From NCBI GenBank assembly GCA_030704615.1, contig CM060732.1:2170001-2234000 (forward strand): a DNA stretch of 64,000 nt, given 5' to 3'. Below the pieces are notes generated by a model. That model saw only the letters and a list, made by a program, of their open reading frames with translations, did not search any database and had not been told where the DNA came from. The translations under genes and the position numbers were made by a program. Source of the DNA: Takakia lepidozioides. Lineage: Eukaryota; Plantae; Bryophyta. This document shows positions 51,001-61,261 of this stretch, in pieces (the stretch's first letter is position 1; each line of letters starts with the position of its first letter).

Positions 51001-53981
51001 GCATCTCTGCAACCTGCTCCCACTCTGGGTGTGCAGCAAATAGGGTAGCTTCCTGCTCCTCATCCAGTCCTCCTTTCCAGTCATACTCTCCTCCTCGAGG
51101 TCTTCTTGTAGCAGGTAATCTACTAGATTTCTTTGTGGTAATTTGTATCTCGTGTATCCCATTATGCACGGTTAGTAACTGAGAATTCCAGTCATGGAAT
51201 ACCCTGGCCTGTTTCAGCCACGGACGTCCCAATAATAAGGAGTAAGCCTCCATGACTTCATCCATTTCAATACAGTTACTGTGATCATAAAGATCATCTT
51301 CTGTATCTGTATCTTAACTCCTCTTATTAATCCCAATGGCTGTACACTTCTTTGATCTGCCATTGTTACTGTAAATGGGGCTGGTTTCATGTTACTTAGA
51401 CCAAGCTTCTTTTAATTGGTCTGTCATGATATTTACTCCAGAACCTCCATCTATCAGTACATCAGTTAGTTCTGTGCTTCCAATTCTCAATTGGATTACT
51501 GGCATAGAATCATCAAAGTCCATGACTGTTTCTCGCCCTTCCGGCTTCACATTATAACTGGTCACCTTGCTGTTCAGGTCTGTGTTTCCTGTCTCCTGGG
51601 CAATTCGATTGATTGCTTGATACAGCCTGTGCCTACAATAAGGTGCCACAGCTAATAGCTGTCCAATGGTAATTTCTGCTTTGGTCTGGCATATTACTTC
51701 AGCCAAAGTCTCTCATTACTTTGCATGTCTGCATCTTCTTTTTCCTTTCTTCCTCACTCCCTTCTTCTTCTCCATCAGAATCAGAGGAATCTGCCACAGG
51801 AATATCAGTACTCTTCTGCATTTCCTTATAGTATCTGCCACTTCCTTGTGCAGTTCCTTCTCATCTTTCCAAGTCTCTTCATCTTCAGGCATATCATTGC
51901 CACTTCATTATCATCTTCTTCCTCTACTACTGGAGGTATTAGTTTGGCTTTACTTCTTGTTACTATCATTGTACTTACTTCTGGTACAACACATGGCCTA
52001 ACCATGTGAGCTGCCACCACTGGGCCCTCATTCACAGGAGCTCTCATCTCATTCTGGTGTCTTATCCAGAATGAACAGGCTGCCCTGCGTCCTGGCTGAT
52101 TACAATAGTAACATAGTTCTTCACCATTGGGTCCTCGCCCTTGGTCTGTTCTTGGATTATTTCTATAATCCTGATTCCCGGGCTGGTAATTCCCCTTGGA
52201 TTACCCTGATAGTTGCCTCTGGAATTTCCTTGGTAATTCCCTCTTGAATTACCTCTCCCTTCCATGCCATTGTTATAACCACCAGACCTACCATAGTGGT
52301 CCTGATCATTGTTTCTTCTTGGCTGGGGCTGCACCTGATGCACCCTTACTTGCCTAGGTTCTCTTGCAGCTGTCCTTCTGTTGTAGTAACAATTCTCAGT
52401 AGAATGGTTATCCATTACAGTGTTTCTCCTTCATGTGGCATTGTGGTGGTATGGCCTTCATTCTGGCACTTTGCACACCATACACCCTTCCTCCAATGTG
52501 TTGCAGCCTCTGTGGCATACTTCTTCAAGATTTCTTCCAATCTTTTTTCATAGTTATCCCTCTTCAACTTCTCCTTTCTCTTACTCTTTCTTTTTAGTTC
52601 TGCTCTTCTTCTTCATCTGACTCATCCTCAGAGTCCTCATCATCCTTTTTTCTCTCCTGAGCATTCCCAATTGCTCAATTCTGTTGCAGTTTCAAATGCT
52701 CCTCCACTGTATTATGGGGTAACATATCCACTTTCTTTTGCAACTCTGGTCTTAGTCCACTCACAAACCAAGTCTTCTGTAAACCGGCTGGTACTGCAGC
52801 CAGCTTTTTCATCATCAATTCCATCTTCTCCATATACTCTTCAACAGTTTCATGCTTCTTCTGCTTCAGCTGTTGTAAACTTCCATACACTTCATCCTCA
52901 GTTTTACTTGTCCTGAACCTATTTCGAAATGCTGTATTCAAGCCATTCCAGGTTAGGAAATGATTATCAGGGAATCTTGCATACCATTCACTTGCTTTCT
53001 TGATAAGTGAACAAGGAAACAATCTCATCTTGGCATCATCGCCATTCTCATTGTTCACTATACACATGTGCTCAAATTGGCTAATGTGTACATCGGGATC
53101 CCCTTTTCCTGAATATATTGGAAAGGGTGGTTTTGCCCGTGTTGGTTGTAACGCCATCTGTGGCCCTACCTTCTGCCCACTGACAGGTGCTGGCACCCTT
53201 GCTGGTGCTGGTCCTTCTGGACCTGTTGTTTTGTGGTGGATCTTCCACCAAGTGGTGGCCCTTGAGCACTCCTGCTTCTGGCCCCACGATATTCACAGTA
53301 TTCCCAGCTTCAGTTGCACTACTTCCCACACTCCCTGTCCCCCCAGAGCCAGATCCAGGCAGCCCGCCTGATCCCCCTGAGCCGACACCTTCGTTGGCCT
53401 GTGATCCAAGTGCTCCACTTGATCCAGGTCCAACGGGTTGGGATGTCCTGGTTGTAGTCTCAACCTCAGCTGTTGGGTCTACTTCTTCATATTCTTCCTC
53501 TTCCAATTTCTTCTCTCTGTTTTCATCCTCCAAGTTCTGCCCTTGGGTTTCTTCTTCACTCATGTAACTCAACTGTAATGGTGTTGGAGAGTCTGAACTC
53601 TCCGTTGGCTCTGCCACATCCTCTCTCCTTCTTCACCTTCTGCTTCAGAAACTGGAGTTCCTGCTTTTGGTGTTCCATGCCAACTCTTATCAAATTTCTG
53701 TCAAATCTTTTATCCAGGGATGTACCTCAGATCTTTCACCTCGTGATTGATCTTCTTCCGTACCAATTCCCTTAATCTTTCTTGCAAAGAAACAGAAGGA
53801 GTGGCATCCAACTCTAGTTCTTCCGGTATGGTGATGTACTCTTTGATCTTAATGGTGTGAGAGGTCCAGATGATTCCCCTATGTCTATTCCTCTCTCTCC
53901 AAAGATATGGATAATTAGCTTTCAGATAGCTTTTCTTTTTGCTGAATATCTCTGGCGTCTAGCTTCTCTTTCATCACTCAT
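48060..53981 (-). pseudogene. gag-pol of C2 (many 1-bp frameshifts as assembled)
   Basis: gag ~51480-53981, PR LIDGGSGVN, RT 49950-50711, RH HCDASG, IN WGLDFVGP / SDQGSHF / YPQGNGQAE / WKGPY. Confidence 0.92.
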
Positions 53982-54001
53982 GTCCCATGTCTTTCATTTT
54001 T

Positions 54002-54560
54002 TTAATGTGGCAATAACCAAAACTCTCTTCTGTAATATCTCTCGTATATGCCTGGGTTTCTTTCAAGCTTCAATGCACCCTTGGCTATACTTGAAGTCTC
54101 CGTTACCATATAACCATATGGCAAACAAGTCTGAAAGCTGTTCTTGGTGTGAGTTTGATCCACAAAATATCCTTTGGAATCCAATTCTTTACCAGTACAA
54201 GCTCTTCATGCATATGAGTATAAACATTCACCTTTCTTTTCTTCCCAGCTTCAAACTCTACTCGCTTAATGGATAGCAATGCTATCACATAAACCAATGT
54301 TGGTAACCAACGTGCTCTTCCTCTACAGGCTACCTGATAAATCTTTATCACTCCTTTCTCCAGACCCCATTCCGGATCAGCATCATGCACTCGCTTAAGA
54401 ATATTTTCTTTACAACCGTCTGGCAATTCCAAGAACCTTTGAAAGAATTGTTTTGGACAATCTTTCTTCCTTCGTTCCACAGGGAATTTGATTCACTTCA
54501 AATTCTTTAATGGTCCAACCACCATGATCCCACCAGATGCCTTCACATCTGGTTGTTCAT
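54002..54560 (-). CDS. 5' extra ORF of C2
   Basis: Homologous to 24777-25340. Confidence 0.6.
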
Positions 54561-54567
54561 TACCAGT

Positions 54568-54585
54568 CCCCCAGTATGGTCGCCA
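54568..54585 (-). promoter_or_regulatory. Primer binding site of C2 (tRNA-Arg-like)
   Basis: TGGCGACCATACTGGGGG, 2 nt from the 5' LTR. Confidence 0.75.
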
Positions 54586-54587
54586 AA

Positions 54588-55545
54588 TGTCGCGCGGCTT
54601 TTACTCACCCATCCCTTCGCTATTCGAGGCGGAAACTCCAAGATAGAAGAGTTGGAAATCTCTAAGTACTCAGCCCGCGCAGAACAATCAGTCATGACCT
54701 ACAGCTAGTGTATCATGGGGGTGTTTCCTATTTGTTTCCCTTTTGGCATTCATGTTAGCTACCTTACCATTGATAATTAAGTATCAGTTTGCTTTATCAA
54801 TCTATTGGATTCCATCAACTCATCCATTCATTCCACAGCTTCACTCAGATCTCTCTACACAGTGTGATTGTATCGTAAAAGTATCCGATTATGATTTATC
54901 AGGTATCAGGCCGAAGCCATTGTGTCTCTAATCTGCTCTACAATATCACTACGCTTGCATATAACAAGCATCTACTAATCCTCTCCTCTTCACCGTGCTC
55001 CCCATCTTTGCTTCCGATCCTCCTCTCCGCTCCATCTCCTCTCATGCATGACCAGAAGTCCTCCTCCGAATAATAATCCTCCTTCCTGCTTCTCCCTTTA
55101 TCTTCCTACCCGTGTGGCTCTAACCGTTTCCCTCACTAACCGTCGTCTGTGAACTAACATGTTCCATTTGCAGGTGTTGTTCCCACAGTCGTTCCCTGTC
55201 CTGCTCTCCGTTCCCTATGGTCGACAGCTGTGTCAAGATGTGACTGGCTGTGTGAAACTGTGACGGGCTGTGACGGCTGTGTTGTGTTGGCTGTGACGGT
55301 CTGTGTTGGCTGTGTCCTGTGATGCGGGTGTGTGGGCTGTGTGGCTGTGTCGGCAGTGTGGCTGTGTCGGTTGTGACGACTGTGACAGGCTGTGTCGGCT
55401 GTGTCGGCTGTGACGGGCTGTGTAACCCCCCTCTACAGTGCGCTGCTGTCACCCCTAAGGCTCCTGTTGGTCTCAGTCTGTGCAAAAATTAAGGGTACCC
55501 TACAGATCCCGTATAAATGTCTAAGTCCCAGACAATCCTCTAACA
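54588..55545 (-). repeat. 5' LTR of C2 (958 bp)
   Basis: TGTCGCGCGG...CCTCTAACA. Confidence 0.94.
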
Positions 55546-57389
55546 CCTGCCATAGTGGCCCTGTGTTGCCGTTTTGAATATAAAAAAAGAAGCAAAATGG
55601 GGGGCTCAATTAGTGTGCGGTACCGCACACTGTTTGAGCTTCCAATTCTGGGTGGATTCAACCTGCCATAGTGGCCCTATGTGGCCGTTTTGAACATAAA
55701 AAAACAAGCAATTTGGGGGGGCTCAAATAGTGTGAGGTGTCGCACACTGTTTGAGCTTCCAATTCGGGGTGGATTCAACCTGCCATAGTGGCCCTATGTG
55801 GCCGTTTTGAACATGAAAAAACAAGCAAACTGGGTGGCTCAAACAGTGTGCGGTGCTGCACACTGTTTGAGCTTCCAATTCGAGGTGGATTCAACCTACC
55901 ATAGTGGCCCTATGTGGCCGTTTTGAACATCAAAAAACAAGAAAAATGTGGGGCGCAAAGAGTGTGCAGTACCGCACACTGTTTGAGCCTCCAATTCGGG
56001 GTGGATTCAACCTGCCATAGTGGCCCTATGTGGCTGTTTTTAACATGAAAAACCAAGCAAACTGGGTGGCTCAAACAGTGTGCAGTGCCGCACACGGTTT
56101 GAGCTTCCAATTCGGGGTGGATTCAACCTGCCATAGTGGCCCTGTGTTGCCGTTTTGAATATAAAAGAAGCAAAATGGGGACTCAATTAGTGTGCGGTAC
56201 TGCACAACTGTTTGAGCTTCCAATTCGGGTGGATTCAACCTGCCATAGTGGCCCTATGTGGCCGTTTTGAACATCAAAAAACAAGCAAAAAGGGGGGCTC
56301 AAACAGTATGTGGTGCCGCACACTGTTTGAGCTTCCAATTCGGGGTGGATTCAACCTGCCATAGTGGCCCTATGTGGCCGTTTTGAACATCAAAAAACAA
56401 GAAAAATGTGGGGCGCAAAGAGTGTGCAGTGCCGCACACTGTTTGAGCCTCCAATTCGGGGTGGATTCAACCTGCCATAGTGGCCCTATGTGGCCGATTT
56501 GAACATCAAAAAACAAGCAAAATGGGGGCTCAAACAGTATGCGATGCCGCACACTGTTTTGAGCTTCCAATTCGGGGTGGATTCAACCTGCCATAGTGGC
56601 CCTTATGTGGCCGTTTTGAACATCAAAAAACAAGCAAAATGGGGGGCTCAAACAGTGTGCGGTGCCGCACACTGTTTGAGCTTCCAATTCGGGGTGGATT
56701 CAACCTGCCATAGTGGGCCCTATGTGGCCGTTTTGAACATCAAAAAACGAAGCAAAATGGGGGGCTCAAAGAGTATGCGGTGCCGCACACTCTTTGAGCT
56801 TCCAATTCGGGGTGCATTCATCCTGCCATAGTGGCCCTATGTGGCCGTTTTGATCATCAAAAAACAAGCAAAATGGGGGGCTCAAACCGTGTGCGGTGCC
56901 GCACACTGTTTGAGCTTCCGATTCGGGGTGGATTCAGCCTCCCATAGTGGCCCTATGTGGCCGTTTTGAACATCAAAAAACAAGCAAAATGGGGGGCTCA
57001 AACAGTGTGCGGTGCCACACACTGTTTGAGCTTCCAATTCGGGGTGGATTCAACCTGCCATAGTGGCCCTGTGTTGCCGTTTTGAATATCAAAAAGAAGC
57101 AAAATGGGGGGCTCAATTAGTGTGCGGTACTGCACACTGTTTGAGCTTGCAATTCGGGGTGGATGCAACCTGCCATAGTGGCCCTATGTGGCCGTTTTGA
57201 ACATCAAAAAACATGCAAAATGGGGGGCTCAAACAGTATGCGGTACCGCACACTGTTTGAGCTTCCAATTCGGGGTGGATTCAACCTGCCATAGTGGCCC
57301 TATGTGGCCGTTTTGAACATCAAAGAAGATGCATACTGGGGGTCTCAACCGTTTTGAACATCAAAGAAGAAGCATACTGGGGGGCTCAA
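55546..57389 (+). repeat. Continuation of the 116-bp satellite (~16 monomers), ending in a 41-bp tandem duplication
   Basis: Same monomer and orientation, in phase across C2; duplication at 57308-57348 / 57349-57389. Confidence 0.96.
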
Positions 57390-57398
57390 CTGGCTGGA

Positions 57399-57626
57399 CC
57401 TGAACTGGAAATTCGGCGCCATTTTTCCAGTTCTAGGCCCTATTGCGGTTCTGGGACTTAGCCATCTTCGGGCCAAACCGGGAATATTGGCGCTGAATTT
57501 CCAGTTCAGGGCTCCCAAGATGGCTAAGTCCCTAGGGTGGCAGTCACCAAAAACCGAAATTCGGCGCCATTTTTCCATTTCTAGGCCCACTCACATCCGC
57601 CCCAACTTGGGAAAATGGTGCGGAAT
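57399..57626. repeat. Cluster of interleaved inverted and direct repeats
   Basis: IR 57399-57421 / 57488-57510 (22/23); IR 57453-57468 / 57517-57532 (16/16); DR 57408-57440 / 57556-57588 (32/33). Confidence 0.85.
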
Positions 57627-57666
57627 ATGCATTTCAGGGATCTCATTGTGTTTTTCATGAATGCAG

Positions 57667-59441
57667 GTACTGCAAGTTCTCCCTTTTGGAGAAAGGTCAT
57701 CTGTCTTTCGAGCCACCATTCTTCCTGGCATGGAGGAACCCTGGGGCTGACTCCATGTACACTGACGATATTGTGAAGGAGTGGCATCTGGAACATTTGC
57801 GTGATTGCCCTTGGTATGTGGACCTTCCGCCCGGCTCGCTTGACCCATCCGAGTTTCAATTGAAGCTGGATGCTGAATTCCGACGAAACCGGGCTCTGTT
57901 GCCTCCGTTGGGTGCAAAAGAGGCAAAAGCGCTTACGAACTCCAGGAAAGCGGCAGAGCTTGCTCAGGCAGGGATTCAGGAGAAATTGCATGAGAAGAGT
58001 AAAGGCCAAAGGAAAAGGACAAGGAAACAGGTGAGTGCAGTAACACCAAAAAAGAAGAAAACCATCGGGGCATCGGAGGAGGCGCAGGAGGGGACCCAAG
58101 AGAGTGACTCGGACGACAACTTTTGTTCAAGGTCCTGCGACTACTGTTGCTCCTACCCAGTCACCAGTCGTCCGGGTTCCCAAGTCAGTTCGGAGTGGGA
58201 CTGGCTCTGCCAAGAAGTTGGCATTTGAGGGCAAGCCTACACGGGCGGTATTCGGGGTGACGTTTACGCACAGGCCAAAGCTAGAACTCCAACCATCATC
58301 CAATGCGTCAATGAGAGCTTCCTTGACGCTCTCGCTGCCAGGGCGAAGAAGGTGGCACACAACAAGTCTTTGGCGGAGGAGAGGGGAAAGCCAAGAAGAG
58401 GGCTGGCGGTACAGAGCCTAAAGACACCCCTAGTTTTGAAGCCATGATGGAATTCTTCACGGCTGTGAGCACGAATTGCAAGAGCACTCGGGGGGGGGGT
58501 GGGGGGGGGGTTGAGGTGGAGAGAGCTTGCGACATGATTCTCCTTGACACTCCAGATGGGGAGCTGCTGGAGGGCCTGGATGGTGTGCCCACCTGGAACA
58601 GGTTTACTGAGGACTACTGGAAAGCCGGGTTTGGGCTGGTGGGGATGCTTCTGGATGACGGTGAATGTGTGGTTGTCCTTGCCACAAGAGGGAAGACCAC
58701 AGAGAATGTGGTGGCAAGGTGGACACCGAAAAGTGTCACCTCGTCCTCCTCAGAAAATGGTTCTGCATCAGTACGCAGGGGTTGCGAACAGAGGGCCAAA
58801 GTGTAAGTTATCAATCTATTGCATTCACTTCATATTGTGGTGTATGTTAAGTAGACCTGGAGTTGATCCCTTCTTTGTTGGATGTGCAGACATTGGTGTT
58901 TGAGGCATATTGCTTTGTGAAGAGAGGGTCTACGTTCAAATTCCGCAATGACGGTCGTCTTGTTGATGCCGCTGTGGACCCTGTAACCTACGATGTCCTC
59001 TACAACTATGTGCCCCACTCTAGTATGCCGAAGGACACAAAGATAGGCAAACCGTGGCGGTACAGCCGGACCCGGAGCCCTGCTTTCATCCAAACCCTCA
59101 TGGAGACGTGCTCGGATGTCCAAGGGCGGATTCTGGACCTCACATGCGGCACGGGTAAGCCTTCACGTGCTCAGTTTGTCCCCTGGCCCGATTGCAATTG
59201 CATGCCGCAAGCTATTAACCGCCCGCTTTGTTCCTCAGGTGCTTCAATGTGGGCAGGGACGTTGTCCGACAGGCACGTGTTCGCCTTCGAGCCAGATACT
59301 GCCCTCCACAACTCCGAACTTGCAGCGGCTAGACGTCTGCCGAAAGAGGAAGAGGCATCCTCGGAGGATGAGGGAAAATCCGAGAAGGAGCAGGGGGAGG
59401 AAGTTGGGATCGAGGCCGAGGAGCCCCCGGTTTACGAGTGA
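57667..59441 (+). pseudogene. Intron-containing gene encoding a beta-class N6-adenine/N4-cytosine DNA methyltransferase-like domain; 5'-truncated and frameshifted as assembled
   Basis: DMILLDTPDG (motif IV-like, 58531-58560), LLDDGECVVV (VI-like), FEAYCFVK, RSPAFIQTLMETCS (X-like), GRILDLTCGTG|ASMWAG...RHVFAFEPD (I-II). GT-AG introns 58803-58889 and 59155-59238 splice in frame. Confidence 0.7.
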
Positions 59442-59594
59442 GTGGTGGCATTGTAAGTTGCCTCCAGATTTCGTGAGGCACCTCCCTCCGCTCTCTTATT
59501 TCATTGAAAACCCTTTGTGGTTGTGCTGGTATTGACATTCTTGAAGTGGATTTGTTCTTACTGTAGGATGCCAAGTACTGCCGGAGGGACGTCT

Positions 59595-60312
59595 TGTCGC
59601 GGCCCTTTGCCTTGAGGGCAAGGGGGTCGGGACACATGAGGGGTTGCCCCTGTGGTGGGGGCAGCAGCAGCGATAGGTATGGGGGGCTGAAGCACCCTTG
59701 AGTGCCCAAGGCACCCGAGGAGGCGGAGGCGCTCACTAGGTGGAGCCCCGCACACCGGGTTGCGGTGGGGGTGGCTCCACAAGGGGTGGTGGTAGCTTAG
59801 CGGGACTTAGTGGGGGTGGCATAGGACTCACCATGGGGGCGGAGACCTCGTGGTGGGAGTCGTGGGAGTCTTGGGACTCATCACGGTCCATAGGGCCGTA
59901 GTGAGTGGGCCAAGACTCCCGCGACTCATCACCGGGAGGAGGGTTTTCGTGGTGGTTCGCCATAAAATGGCATGGCTGGTTGTGAAACCCCCGTGGACAG
60001 CTACAGAAGTATATATAAGGGAGTAGTGACCCCGAGAACGGTGCAAGCCCGTTGGTGACCAAAAACTAGTGAGTAAGCGAGCGAGCCGGAAAGCGACCAA
60101 AGAGTGGGGAGCTGTTCCGGACTGCCATCTACCAAAGGGAATTCTCCTAGTCCAAATAGGTGGAGGGTTTAGTGGGAAGCGAAGGGGACCGTTATGTCCC
60201 GGTGAGCAGCCGAAGCTCCAAGTTGGCCCGGGCGGCCAGGTTGGGAGTCAAGCACGCGCATCAAAGCGAGTAACTATGACTTGAAGGGGAGCTTATCGAA
60301 GTGAGCGCGACA
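59595..60312 (+). repeat. 5' LTR of A2 (718 bp)
   Basis: TGTCGCGG...GCGCGACA; TATA-like TATATATAAG at ~60010. Confidence 0.93.
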
Positions 60313-60367
60313 CTTGGTATCAGAGCTTAGAGTTCAGTACGCGATCGTCCTTGGGATTGGCCTCATC

Positions 60368-61260
60368 ATGGGGTCGGGCAAGCCAAAGCGAAAGCGGAAC
60401 GGCCAAAAGATGATGATCCTGGTGAGCCCGATGGGGCGACGTGTCACCGAAGCGGCCGTTTGAGGAAGCGACGCAGGTTTCTGAAAGCGAGGCCGCTCAA
60501 GAGCGGGTGGAATCCGAGGAGTCGGAGCCCAAGGAATCCGTGAGAGCTCCGACCGACAACAGATGCCTCCCATGCCGACAGCCTTTTGGGAAGGGTTGTT
60601 GGTGCAGTTTGGCGGGACGTTGAAAGACGTGTTGAAGGCGGCTAATGCCACTTCCACTAAGGCAAAGTTTAAGGTGAAGCCTAAGGAACCCGGCACCTTT
60701 GAGGGCGTCCGAAATCGGAAGGCACTCAACACCTGGCTCCTGGAGCTAGAGCAGTACTTCCGGGCGGCCAAGTTGAGTGACGAGGATCGGGTGGAAGTGG
60801 CTCCGACCTATTTGAGGGGCTATGCTCAACAATGGTGGCAGAAACGCCTTCATGACCGAGGTCCAAGCCCGGAAACCTTGGACTGGAGTGGGTTCAAGGA
60901 ATTGATGAAGAGACAGTTTGTGCCCCTCAACGCGTCCTGGCTTGCCCGGGACAAGATGAGGAATTTGAAGCAAACAGATGACATTCGGGGGTATGTCCAG
61001 GCTTTCAATGTGCTGTTGCTCGAAGTCGCGGAAGTTGGAGGAGAAGCCACCCAAGACTTTGAACGAGGCAATTGAGAGGGCTGAATGTTTCTCGGATGTC
61101 CCTAGGGGTGAGAGACAAGGCCGTACGGAGCTGAACCACAAGAAGACCCGGCGGGAAGGTGACTCCTCCGACCGGAAAAGAAGTGGGATAGGCCACGCGG
61201 CGACAATGGCACGTGGAAATCAAAGGGAGGGCCTTCACACGTCAAGGCGGCACCCGGGGC
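60368..61260 (+). pseudogene. gag of A2 (frameshifts and a 68-bp deletion)
   Basis: MGSGKPKRKR start; ORFs 60563-61075 and 60978-61265. Confidence 0.85.
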
Positions 61261-61261
61261 T

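Larger units (their letters stand above)
42402..55545 (-). mobile_element. Full-length Athila-like element C2 (13.1 kb) inserted in the satellite
   Basis: Two LTRs, PBS, PPT; TSD CCTGT (42397-42401) / CCTGC (55546-55550); order extra ORF-gag-PR-RT-RH-IN-3' ORFs. Confidence 0.95.

Noticed and set aside
48060-54560. Dense frameshifts in C2 (also 19.3-21.1 kb and 27.7-33 kb) as biological decay or programmed frameshifting
   Set aside because: Mostly 1-bp losses in homopolymers, patchily distributed, in an element with very similar LTRs; more likely long-read consensus error. The same caveat applies to the MTase frameshifts.
26383-57389. CRISPR array (palindromic repeat at regular spacing)
   Set aside because: The sequence between palindromes is itself repeated, so there are no unique spacers; no cas genes; eukaryotic retroelement context
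57667-59441. Bacterial contamination or a restriction-modification operon
   Set aside because: The gene has spliceosomal-type introns, no partner nuclease is visible, and it is contiguous with plant satellite and LTR DNA
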